IMG/VR virus record: IMGVR_UViG_3300019877_000002 | Span: 1-41,240 of that record | Reading direction: 5' to 3' (one strand) | Source of the DNA: a virus | Lineage: Duplodnaviria; Caudoviricetes | DNA: 41,240 nucleotides | Shown: positions 15,469 to 24,365 of the stretch, piece after piece | Layout of the letters: every line of letters begins with the position of its first letter | How positions within the stretch are numbered: the first letter of the stretch is position 1 | Notes under the pieces: generated by a model | Told to the model about the DNA's origin: nothing | Databases searched by the model: none | What the model saw: only the letters and a program-made list of their open reading frames with translations | Made by a program: the position numbers and the translations under genes

Positions 15469-17734
15469 GCATCCAGAGCATCCAGAGCATGAGCCCTCGG
15501 ACACGCCCAAAGAGGACGTGTTTTCATTGGGCCAGGACAGCCCCGCCGAGGACCCGTTTTCCTACAACGAAGACGAGCCCAACCTCGTCAAGTCGTTCAA
15601 GGCGCACCCGGAGGGACGCCAGGCCCTGAAGCGCCTGAGCAACAAGTGCATCCTCGACTTCGATAACGCTTGGTCCGCGACCGAGGCGTTCCGCAAGAAC
15701 ATGGCGGAGACCTGGAAGCTGTTCGCCGGCACGCTCGACCCGAAGGGCCCACCGATGCAGCACATGGCCAACGCGCACGTGCCCATCCTCATGGAGAACA
15801 CCATCCGCATGGTGTACCGGCAAGCCTATGAGCTCTTCGGCAACTGGACCAACGTCTTCGGTGTCAACCCCATCGGGCCCGATGACGAGCGCACCGCTAA
15901 ACTACTCTCACTCCACGGCAACTGGCAGATTCGCAAGCGCATCAAGGACTTCAAGCGCCAGCTCGGCCACCGTGGTCTCATGGCGTTTGATTTGTTCGGT
16001 GACGTCACCTGTCATAGCTACTGGGACCCGCAGCGGCACTACAACCGCCACGAGATTCTGACGGCCAACGAGTTCGTGTGCGCCAACGCGCACGTCTCCA
16101 CGATGCCGGACTATTCGGATGTGTCCTGGGTGGCCAAGGTCATCTTCATGGACCCGCACGAGCTCAGGAAAATGCACAAGGCCTGGGAGGACGTCGGCAC
16201 GGCGCTCAAGCACCTGCCGCCCGACTGGGACGAGTCGAGCATCACGAGCGAGATGCGCGAGCAGGTCGACAAGAACCTCGGCGTCGACTCCACCGCCTAC
16301 CAGCAGGGGCAGTACCGCATCATCCAGTACGAGGGCTGGCTGAACCTGCCGCCGAGCACTGCGCCCGCCAAGGACGCCCAGGAGGGGGACGAGCCCGAGG
16401 AGCCGCGCGACCGCTACTGCAAGGTCATCATCGACCACGAGACAGCCACGGTGTTGTCGCTCAACATCCACGAGCGCATCGACCCCTACGACAAGCGGCG
16501 TTTCGAGTTCGAGACGCAGCAGATGCAGAAGTACCAGGCCGCAGCCCAGGACGTCGCGGCCTTCAAGCAGGAGCAGGAAGAGACCCGACAGAGCGCGCTC
16601 TCGCTCGGCCATAGCCTCGACCCCGAGAGCGATGGGCCCGCCCAGGCCGTCATCATGGCGCGCGCCATCGAGGAGATGCCGCCGCCGCCGGACCCGCAGA
16701 TGCCCGATTGGATGCACGGCAACCCCATGGCGCAGCCGCGCCCGCCGGAGAGCAAGCCCATCCAGATGTTCTCTCACGGCGTCAACATCGAGCCGCTGCA
16801 GGGCATCCTCGGGCTCGGTACGGGGCGCATCCACGCGGCCCAGAACAAGGCTGCCAATATCGCACTCTCGCAGTTCATCGACGAGGGCACGCTCGCCAAC
16901 TTCAGCAACTTCCTCGCCAAGGGTGACCTGCGCCTGCCGGAGAAGTTCACCATCGAGCCGGGCAAGATTCACAAGGTGGAGGGCGCTATCGACCTCACCA
17001 AGGACATCATCCCGTTCGCCTTCAAGGAGGCCAACGGCCAGCTCATCCAGCTCATCGAGATGCTGGTGAAATTCGGCAATACCGTCACCAACACCCCCGA
17101 GGTGCTGAGCGGCGAGAGCGGCAAGAGCGGCGAGACCGCCCAGGGCCTCTCCGCGCGCATCGAGCAGGCGACCAAGATGCTGAGCGTACCCACGGCCAAG
17201 TACGCCGACTTCCTCTCTCAGGTGCTCGAAAACAACGCCGCCCTGAACGCTATCTTCCTCGATGACGCGGAGTTCTTCAGCGTCAACAACCACGACCCCG
17301 CGCTCGGCCCCATGGGGCAGCAAACGTTCTCGGTCGGGCGCGAGCTCTACGATCGCCCCTACGACGTGGAGATTAGCGCGGACCTGAAGTTCACGAGCAC
17401 CGCCCAGCGCGTGAGCGAAGCCGACGCCTTGGTGCAACTACCGAACGCCGTGCCCGAGATGGCACAGAACTACGCCTTCAAGCACATGGTCATCAGCAAG
17501 GCGCTCGAGGCGCGCAACCGCTACGACCTCATTGGTCTGCTCGGTCAGCCGCCGCCCGCCCCGCAGATGTATGGCGCGCCCACGAGCCCGCCCGCTCCGC
17601 CGCCTGGGATGGGGCCACCACCCGGTGGCGCGCCTGGTCCCACCGGAGGACCGCCACCGGGCAACGACAACGGTAAGCCCCCGCAGCCGAAGCCGCAAGC
17701 TCCGCCGCAACCCCAACCCCCCAAGGCAGCGTGA
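15461..17734 (+). CDS. Portal protein
   Basis: 757 aa, downstream of TerL; GETAQGLSARIEQA motif, YDVEISAD, Pro-rich C-terminus as in podovirus portals. Confidence 0.85.
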   Translation: MAEHPEHPEHEPSDTPKEDVFSLGQDSPAEDPFSYNEDEPNLVKSFKAHPEGRQALKRLSNKCILDFDNAWSATEAFRKNMAETWKLFAGTLDPKGPPMQHMANAHVPILMENTIRMVYRQAYELFGNWTNVFGVNPIGPDDERTAKLLSLHGNWQIRKRIKDFKRQLGHRGLMAFDLFGDVTCHSYWDPQRHYNRHEILTANEFVCANAHVSTMPDYSDVSWVAKVIFMDPHELRKMHKAWEDVGTALKHLPPDWDESSITSEMREQVDKNLGVDSTAYQQGQYRIIQYEGWLNLPPSTAPAKDAQEGDEPEEPRDRYCKVIIDHETATVLSLNIHERIDPYDKRRFEFETQQMQKYQAAAQDVAAFKQEQEETRQSALSLGHSLDPESDGPAQAVIMARAIEEMPPPPDPQMPDWMHGNPMAQPRPPESKPIQMFSHGVNIEPLQGILGLGTGRIHAAQNKAANIALSQFIDEGTLANFSNFLAKGDLRLPEKFTIEPGKIHKVEGAIDLTKDIIPFAFKEANGQLIQLIEMLVKFGNTVTNTPEVLSGESGKSGETAQGLSARIEQATKMLSVPTAKYADFLSQVLENNAALNAIFLDDAEFFSVNNHDPALGPMGQQTFSVGRELYDRPYDVEISADLKFTSTAQRVSEADALVQLPNAVPEMAQNYAFKHMVISKALEARNRYDLIGLLGQPPPAPQMYGAPTSPPAPPPGMGPPPGGAPGPTGGPPPGNDNGKPPQPKPQAPPQPQPPKAA

Positions 17735-17968
17735 TTGAACGACAGGCACAGGCGAATGCGTGACCTCGACCTGCTGCATCGCTACCTGGCGCGCTTGCGC
17801 CAGGAACGGCTGCAACAGGCGCACGCCAAGACGCTCGAAGCGGGGGCCACGCTGACCGACATCAAGGTCTGCGCCTTCGAGGCCGAGCTCTGCAGTCGCA
17901 TCCACGCCGCCGTCAAAGTGCTCGAGCACGACGCGGCCCAATTCATCGAGGAGTTCCTAAAGCCATGA
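17735..17968 (+). CDS. Hypothetical protein
   Basis: Abuts the portal gene; ATGA coupling downstream. Confidence 0.6.
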   Translation: MNDRHRRMRDLDLLHRYLARLRQERLQQAHAKTLEAGATLTDIKVCAFEAELCSRIHAAVKVLEHDAAQFIEEFLKP

Positions 17969-18708
17969 GCATCAGTAGAGGACAAGGCGTCGCGGGGCTG
18001 ACACCGGTCAGCATCGGCGAGCCCGAAAAGGTGACGTCCTGGCCCTTCAAGGAGCCAGAGAAGAAAACCAACTGGGATGAGGTGACCAAGCCCACCTTTG
18101 ACCCCAACCGTGACACCGAGCGCGAGAAGGCTGCGAAGCGCACGGCGATGATTCGCGCGCGCATGAGCCCACCGGGCGCTCTGCGCTTGCCGCCACTGCT
18201 CGAGGCGCACCGGCTCGAGTACGGCATCCCCGATGGCTTCTTCAAGAGCCAGGCCGCTTTCGATCGCATCTTCGTGTTCCCGCTCGACTTGTTCGAGGGC
18301 ATGGCCACCTACTCGGCAGCCAGCCCCATTCTGCGGCCGCGCATCACCGAGCTGAAGGACAAGCAGGAGGGCAATCGCGGTATCCTCATCAGTGCCGGGC
18401 TCACCGCAGCCGACCGCTTGATGAGCCACGGCATCGAGCTCGGCCACATCGTCACGACCAACAAGAACGTGCCCTTTGCGCGCCGCTGCGACCGCCTCGA
18501 AGACGGCACCGAGATGTTCTATCTGGTGATGCGCGAAGCGGACCTCGCCGGCAGCGAGACCCTCGCCGAGGAGATTCTCGCGGGCAAGAAGCGCATCGAA
18601 GACCTCGGCGACGACTCGGGCTACTGCCACCAAGTGGTGGACGTTATCGGCGGCGAGCCCCTCCGCGGGCGCAAGAAGCAATCAGTGTTCGTGGCCGACT
18701 GCTGGTAG
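17965..18708 (+). CDS. GroES-like co-chaperonin domain protein
   Basis: FDRIFVFP...ILRP...NRGILISAG...IELGHIV...DGTEMFYLVMREADL parallels the GroES strand pattern. Confidence 0.7.
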   Translation: MSISRGQGVAGLTPVSIGEPEKVTSWPFKEPEKKTNWDEVTKPTFDPNRDTEREKAAKRTAMIRARMSPPGALRLPPLLEAHRLEYGIPDGFFKSQAAFDRIFVFPLDLFEGMATYSAASPILRPRITELKDKQEGNRGILISAGLTAADRLMSHGIELGHIVTTNKNVPFARRCDRLEDGTEMFYLVMREADLAGSETLAEEILAGKKRIEDLGDDSGYCHQVVDVIGGEPLRGRKKQSVFVADCW

Positions 18709-18725
18709 GCAAGGAGGAGTGAGCA

Positions 18726-19625
18726 ATGGCTGATTCAAGTTTTATGCAGGGTGACCGCGACAACTCTATCGCGGTGCCATTTTCTGATGACGACGCCGCC
18801 AACAACCAGGGCGCGGACCTCGACGAAGACGACTCGCCAACAGCGAGCCCCGAGGAGCAGCTCACCCGCAAGCAGCGGCGCCAAGAGCGCCTGAACGGCC
18901 TGCTCCGCGAGGGCAAGCAGAGCAAGGAGGAGCTGTCGGCTCTGCGCGACAAGCAGGGCAAGCTCGAGACCGAGCTCGCACAACTACGCGGCTACGTCGC
19001 GGCGCAGCCCGTGCAGCGGCCCGCCAATGATGACGGCAAGAACCCCTACGAGCGCCGGCTCGACGCGGTCTACGCGCGGCAGAGCGAGGCCTACAATTCC
19101 GCCCAAGCCCACATCAAAGCGGGCACGTTCACCGACGAGCTGCAGCGGCACTACGAGCAGATTGCGCGCGAGATTGAGTCCGACAAGACGCGCATCCACA
19201 CCGAGGAAGTCGTCGACCGCAAGGCACACTCGATGCGCGGCGAGCAGGCGCAACAGGTCTGGGTGCAGAAGTACCCCGACGTGTACAACAACTCCAACGC
19301 CTTCAACTATGCGCAGGGGCGGTTTCAGCAGCGCAAGGCTCTCGGCGAGGCCGTCACCAATGACCTGGTCGACGAAATCATGAACGAGACCCTCGCCACG
19401 TTCAAGCTCGGCAAAAAGTCGGCGCCGAGCGCAGGCGAGCGCGCGCGCATGACCGGGCTCCCGTCGGCTGGCTCTGGCTCTGGCGGTCGCGCCACCGGCA
19501 TCGTGATGAACCCCGCCTTCAAGCGCATGGCGCACGCCGCGCACCCCGACCTGTCCGAGGCTGAGGCTGAACGCAAATGGGTGAACGGGCCCGGCAAGAA
19601 GCTCCGGGACAAGAAGATTTTGTAG
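18726..19625 (+). CDS. Capsid scaffolding protein
   Basis: AAGGAGG SD; acidic N-terminus, coiled coil, position between portal and capsid. Confidence 0.65.
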   Translation: MADSSFMQGDRDNSIAVPFSDDDAANNQGADLDEDDSPTASPEEQLTRKQRRQERLNGLLREGKQSKEELSALRDKQGKLETELAQLRGYVAAQPVQRPANDDGKNPYERRLDAVYARQSEAYNSAQAHIKAGTFTDELQRHYEQIAREIESDKTRIHTEEVVDRKAHSMRGEQAQQVWVQKYPDVYNNSNAFNYAQGRFQQRKALGEAVTNDLVDEIMNETLATFKLGKKSAPSAGERARMTGLPSAGSGSGGRATGIVMNPAFKRMAHAAHPDLSEAEAERKWVNGPGKKLRDKKIL

Positions 19626-19704
19626 AGCCATGGAGATCACCGACACCGGCGAGCAAATCCAACTGGGCCGCGTGCCGCCGAGTGATAGTCCCGCACTATC
19701 GAAC

Positions 19705-19733
19705 TTGACGGTTCGTTAGGGGTATGCTTTCAT
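19705..19733 (+). promoter_or_regulatory. Putative promoter for the head genes
   Basis: TTGACG-N17-TTTCAT with TG extension, in an intergenic gap. Confidence 0.35.
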
Positions 19734-19809
19734 AGCCGGGACAACCTAGCCCCGGCAAGCCGTCGCCCCAACGACCGCCTGTCTGTCCTTCTGGGACAGC
19801 GGAGCGTTC

Positions 19810-20295
19810 GTGGCGGAAGAGACGGTAGCTGCAACACCTAGGCGGGGCATCAAGCGCGAGGACCCTCCGCCGCGCCCAGTAGAGCAGACGGCAAACCGAG
19901 GCTTCCTCGATGGAGCCGACCCGAGCCAGCACTACGTCTGGGTGAGTGAGGTCAACGACCCCACCATCAACGTCGGCTACTACAAGCACCTCGGCTACAA
20001 GATCGCGCAATACGACCCGAGCGAGGCTCGCCCGACCCTCGGCTACCAGGACTACCAGCAGGGCGACCCCATCAAATCGATGGGCATGGTGCTGATGCAA
20101 GTTCCCGCCGAGCGCAAGGCGGAGCTCGACGCCAAGGGCGCCGACGGTCAAGGGGGCTGGGACAGGGCCAAGCGCATCGAGGACACCATCCGCAAGGGTG
20201 AGGTTGACCCGCTCTCCGCGCAGGAGAAGAGCGAGTTCAGGGGCATCACTTCTGTTCGCACCGATCAGGACGATCGGCGCAAGTGGCAATTTTGA
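19810..20295 (+). CDS. Hypothetical head-region protein
   Basis: GGAG SD; lies within the head module. Confidence 0.7.
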   Translation: MAEETVAATPRRGIKREDPPPRPVEQTANRGFLDGADPSQHYVWVSEVNDPTINVGYYKHLGYKIAQYDPSEARPTLGYQDYQQGDPIKSMGMVLMQVPAERKAELDAKGADGQGGWDRAKRIEDTIRKGEVDPLSAQEKSEFRGITSVRTDQDDRRKWQF

Positions 20296-20306
20296 CGAGG
20301 AATTGA

Positions 20307-20972
20307 ATGGCGAACCCTCATCGTTACGGCTTTCGGTTCCTCAAGAACCGTTGGGGCGGCGACACCCCCGAGACCTACACGGGCTTCTTCGCGAGCGGCT
20401 ACACGCCGAACGTGACGGGGGCCACGACCTGCAACGTCAGCATCGGCGACCCCGTGCGCATGATGAACTCGGGCGCCTTCCAACTGGTGGAGCCCGGCGA
20501 GCTCGACGATGACGACGCCAACGAGCGCGCCTTCGGTATCGTGAGCGGCTTTCCGCAAGTCCTCATCAGCGGCGGGGTGCGCCCCAATGCCTTCTACCCG
20601 ACGGGCACGGTGTACGGCTCGAACCTGAACGCCCAGACGCTGGTGCAGGTCATCCCGGTAGAGGGCTGTGTCTGGGAAATCGACACCGCGACCACGAGCT
20701 CGAGCTTCGACACGAAGGCCGAGTTCCAGGCCATCATCAACGCGGTCTGCACGTTCTCCTACACGCAAATCAACACGACCTCGAACAACCCCAAGGCGAA
20801 CCCGATGGCGGTCCTCTCGTTCGCCGAGAGCACGGAGACGCGCCAGTTGAGGGTCGTGGGCCTCGGGCGCGGTTTCGACCAATACGACCTGACGCTGGCG
20901 AATGTGCCGCTGCAAGTGGTCTTCAACCAAGTGCAGGCGTCTCCGTGGCGCATCACTGGAAACCAGGAATAA
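20307..20972 (+). CDS. Putative capsid decoration or minor head protein
   Basis: MAN...YGFR start, beta-rich, directly upstream of the MCP. Confidence 0.6.
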   Translation: MANPHRYGFRFLKNRWGGDTPETYTGFFASGYTPNVTGATTCNVSIGDPVRMMNSGAFQLVEPGELDDDDANERAFGIVSGFPQVLISGGVRPNAFYPTGTVYGSNLNAQTLVQVIPVEGCVWEIDTATTSSSFDTKAEFQAIINAVCTFSYTQINTTSNNPKANPMAVLSFAESTETRQLRVVGLGRGFDQYDLTLANVPLQVVFNQVQASPWRITGNQE

Positions 20973-20981
20973 GGGCCGACC

Positions 20982-21893
20982 ATGAGCGAGATTTTCACCA
21001 GCACCGCGGCCCTCGCGCTCAAAGAAACGCTCGAGGACATCGACACGGACGAGCACGGCTCGGAGGGCAGCAAGGCTGTCTTTACCAAGTGGCTCAACGT
21101 CAAGTCGATGGCCGACAACTACATCGAGTACTACGAGGTAGCGGGCTCAGGCCTGGCGGGCGAGAAGCCCGAAGGCGAGAGCATCCCGGTCGGCACCATC
21201 GTCGAGGGACCGCTCACCCGGTTCAACGCGCGCACGTACGGCCAGCGCATGATCGTCTCGGACGAAGCGCTGGAAGACATGAAGTACGACAAGGTCATCA
21301 TGGCCGCCAAGCGCAACAACCGTTCGCTCTGGAAGCTGGCTGACTTCGACGCGACGCTGATGCTGGTGCGAGCCACCAACACCAGCTTCGTGGGCGGCGA
21401 CGGCTTGCCGCTCGCGAGCACCGCGCACCTCTTGCCGGGCGGCGGCACCTACTCGAACAAGCTGGCCACGGCCTTCTCGCCGAGCAAGGCGGCGCTGGTC
21501 ATCGCGACGGCGCAGCTCATGCAGCAGGTCGGGCACGACGGGCTCATCGACGGCGTCGAGCCGAAGAAGGCCGTGTTCCCGGTGCAGCAATGGGGCGTGT
21601 GGCGTGAAGTGCTGGGCTCCTCGATGGACCCGACGCCGGGCGCCTACAACGCCATCAACGTCATCAACCGCGACCTCGACATCAAGCCCGTGCCGGTCAA
21701 GTACTGGACGAGCTCGACGACCAACTGGGCGCTCATCACCGACGCCGACCTCGGCCTGATGTGGTTCTGGCGGCGCAAGCCCAAGAGCAACACCTGGGTC
21801 ACCGAGGACAAGACGATGATGAACTACGCGATTACCGCGCGGTGGTCTCGCGGCTGGGTCAACCCCCGCGCACTGCTCTTTAGCGACGCCTGA
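20982..21893 (+). CDS. Major capsid protein
   Basis: EKPEGESIP...TYGQRMIVSDEALED...GGDGLPLASTAH...RWSRGWVNPR. Confidence 0.88.
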   Translation: MSEIFTSTAALALKETLEDIDTDEHGSEGSKAVFTKWLNVKSMADNYIEYYEVAGSGLAGEKPEGESIPVGTIVEGPLTRFNARTYGQRMIVSDEALEDMKYDKVIMAAKRNNRSLWKLADFDATLMLVRATNTSFVGGDGLPLASTAHLLPGGGTYSNKLATAFSPSKAALVIATAQLMQQVGHDGLIDGVEPKKAVFPVQQWGVWREVLGSSMDPTPGAYNAINVINRDLDIKPVPVKYWTSSTTNWALITDADLGLMWFWRRKPKSNTWVTEDKTMMNYAITARWSRGWVNPRALLFSDA

Positions 21894-21901
21894 GGAACAC
21901 C

Positions 21902-21982
21902 ATGGCCAAGAAGACCAAACCGACTCTGCCGATGACCATCAAGCCGTCGCCCAAGGGCACGAAGAAGGGCAAGGGCTGCTAA
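21902..21982 (+). CDS. 26-aa Lys-rich peptide (not in the ORF track)
   Basis: GAGGA SD; MAKKTKPTLPMTIKPSPKGTKKGKGC; TAATG coupling to the next gene. Confidence 0.6.
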   Translation: MAKKTKPTLPMTIKPSPKGTKKGKGC

Positions 21983-22980
21983 TGTCCCTCCTCGCAAACG
22001 CCTATGGCTCTTTCCTCAGCTCGGCCCTGCCTTACTACCAGGCCATGCCGGGCATCGTCACGCCCTACGGCACCCTGCTGAAACCCGGAGGCCGCGTCGC
22101 GGCCTACGTGCGCAGCACAGGCGCGCAGGACGGCGAGGACCACTTCGCCTCCTCCGGTATGCTGGTGAGGGACCTCAACTCGGCTCTCGCCCGCTGTCGT
22201 AGCGGGCAGAACGATATCGTGTACGTGCTGCCGGGACACGCCGAGGACATCGCGGGCGCCGCCTCGCTCGGCAACCTCGTTGCGGGCACGCAAATCGTCG
22301 GTGTCGGGGTGTCGGGCTCCACCAACAACCCGACCCTCACCTGGACGGCCACCGCCAGCTCCGTCCTGCTCAACGTCGCCAACGTGACGGTGAGCGGCCT
22401 GAACCTGGTCTGGAACGGCATCGACGCGGTCGTCGCGCCCATGACCATCAGCGCCGCCGGCTGCGTGTTGTCGGGCAACACCATCACCTGCGCGAGCGCC
22501 ACAGCGGGCGCGCTCAAGGGGCTCGTCATCGCCACCGGCGGAGCGGGCGCCAAGGTGTTCGGCAACACGTTCCTCAGCGTGACGCTCACCAAGCTGATGA
22601 CGAGCGCGCCCATCTTGTTGAGCGGCGCGGTCAATGACGTGCTGATTACGGGCAACTACATCTCGAACGGCAACCCGGGCACGAGCGTGCTCGGGCTCAT
22701 TGCCGTAACGGGGGCTGCAACGAACGTCCGCATCCTCGGCAACACGCTGGTGCAGCTCAACACCGCCGGCACGGCGCTCTTTACCGTCACGGTCGGCGCT
22801 GTGGCAGCGACGGGTTGCATCGGGTACAACAACTCGCTCATTGCAACCGACATCACGGCAACGACCTCGGGCGTGACGGTGGACGCGGCAGCGGCGGCTA
22901 CGATGCTGGTGGTGGAGAACCGTACGGGCGACGCGGCCACGGGCCGCAGCGCGGTGCTCTCCCCGGTGGTGGCAGCGTAA
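21982..22980 (+). CDS. Parallel beta-helix virion protein (head fibre or spike)
   Basis: DIVYVLPGHAE, followed by repeated I/V-x-GN-T/Y rungs. Confidence 0.7.
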   Translation: MSLLANAYGSFLSSALPYYQAMPGIVTPYGTLLKPGGRVAAYVRSTGAQDGEDHFASSGMLVRDLNSALARCRSGQNDIVYVLPGHAEDIAGAASLGNLVAGTQIVGVGVSGSTNNPTLTWTATASSVLLNVANVTVSGLNLVWNGIDAVVAPMTISAAGCVLSGNTITCASATAGALKGLVIATGGAGAKVFGNTFLSVTLTKLMTSAPILLSGAVNDVLITGNYISNGNPGTSVLGLIAVTGAATNVRILGNTLVQLNTAGTALFTVTVGAVAATGCIGYNNSLIATDITATTSGVTVDAAAAATMLVVENRTGDAATGRSAVLSPVVAA

Positions 22981-22990
22981 CGGAGATGGG

Positions 22991-23365
22991 ATGCGCAGCA
23001 CACCCCGCAACGTCGACCGAAAGGGCGAGCATCTATCCAGGTGCGACGTCTGCTCGGTCCCGTACCTGCGGAGTGCGCTGCGCAGGGGCCGCGATGGCCT
23101 CCTGCGCTGCGACAACGACCTACCAGGCCGCGACGAGCTAACCCTGGCGGAGCTCACGGCGGCCCGAGCTTCTGCCCTCGCGCAGCGGCTCGGGGCGCAG
23201 TCGCCTGCTGACGGCGCGGTCCCGGACACGGACAGCGACGGCAACCCCAACAGCTCGAGCAGCTACACGCACTCGGCGCGCCGCACCACGGTCGCCGACG
23301 TCTACGCGAGCGGCATCCCGACGTACGCCTCGCCGGGCACGCTCGTGGGCAAGGCGGGGTTCTGA
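22991..23365 (+). CDS. Hypothetical protein
   Basis: CDVC...LLRC; GGAG SD. Confidence 0.65.
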   Translation: MRSTPRNVDRKGEHLSRCDVCSVPYLRSALRRGRDGLLRCDNDLPGRDELTLAELTAARASALAQRLGAQSPADGAVPDTDSDGNPNSSSSYTHSARRTTVADVYASGIPTYASPGTLVGKAGF

Positions 23366-23577
23366 TGGCTCGGCTCAAAGGGAAGTACCCGAAGGCACAA
23401 GCCGGCGAGTGGATCAAGCCGAAGCGGCGGTTCTACTACATGGGCTGTTGCGACTGCGGACTGGTGCATAAGCTGGAGTTCAAGCTGCTGCCCGTGACGA
23501 GCGGCAGCGGCATCTTCATGCGCGCGTGGCGCGATGAGGCGCAGACCAAGGCGCTCCGCAAGAAGGAGAGCAAGTGA
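23365..23577 (+). CDS. Small Cys-containing protein
   Basis: CCDCGLVH; coupled on both sides. Confidence 0.65.
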   Translation: MARLKGKYPKAQAGEWIKPKRRFYYMGCCDCGLVHKLEFKLLPVTSGSGIFMRAWRDEAQTKALRKKESK

Positions 23578-24302
23578 CGCAGGCGTCCACGCCGTCCACG
23601 CCCATCAGCATCAACACGCTCATCCTGCTGGCCTACAAGCGAGCCGGAGTGTTGCCCGTGGAGGCGCGCCTGAGCGGCGCCAACATGGTGCCCAAGCTCG
23701 AACACGGCCGGCAGACGCTCGACCTCATCATCGACGGCCTGGCCACCGAGGGCTTCATGGCGCGCACGACCGCGTTCTACGACCTGCCCATCGTGGCGGG
23801 TGAGAGCCAGTACACGCTGCCCGACAGCATCCTCGATGTGTTCGAGGACGCGATGTTTGTGCCGAGCGAGAACCTCGACACCAAGTTCACCGCCGGCGAG
23901 CTCGTCTGCAAGCAGATGGACCTGGCCACTTGGCAGCTGCTCACTACCAAGGGCTCCACCTCGACTCGCCCGCAGCTCTACGTCGCGCTCCGGAGCGGCG
24001 CCACCGTCGAGCTCCGCTTCTGGCCCGTGCCCTCGGCCGCCGGCACGATGCGCCTGAAGACCGCGCGCCTGCTCGGGTCGAGCAGCGACGGCACCAAGAG
24101 CCCGGACCTGCAACGCTACTGGCACGACGCCATCGTCTGGTGCCTGGCCTACTACCTCGCCATCGACTCCAGCATGCCGGCGGAGAAGATCGGAATGCTC
24201 CAGGCCCTGGCCGAGAGCAAAAAGAAGGCCTGCGTCAACTACTCCTTCGAGCACCCGTCGACGACGGCCACGGTCTATTACCCGACGCAGTGGAGCTCGT
24301 GA
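23574..24302 (+). CDS. Head-tail adaptor / tail tubular protein A-like
   Basis: LILLAYKRAG...GESQYTLP...LRFWPVP...AIVWCLAYYLA. Confidence 0.7.
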   Translation: MTQASTPSTPISINTLILLAYKRAGVLPVEARLSGANMVPKLEHGRQTLDLIIDGLATEGFMARTTAFYDLPIVAGESQYTLPDSILDVFEDAMFVPSENLDTKFTAGELVCKQMDLATWQLLTTKGSTSTRPQLYVALRSGATVELRFWPVPSAAGTMRLKTARLLGSSSDGTKSPDLQRYWHDAIVWCLAYYLAIDSSMPAEKIGMLQALAESKKKACVNYSFEHPSTTATVYYPTQWSS

Positions 24303-24365
24303 TGGCATGGGACGCTTCGGTACCGACCGCTGCGGCTCGTGCCTGGCCAACAGGGGGCTCGACGT

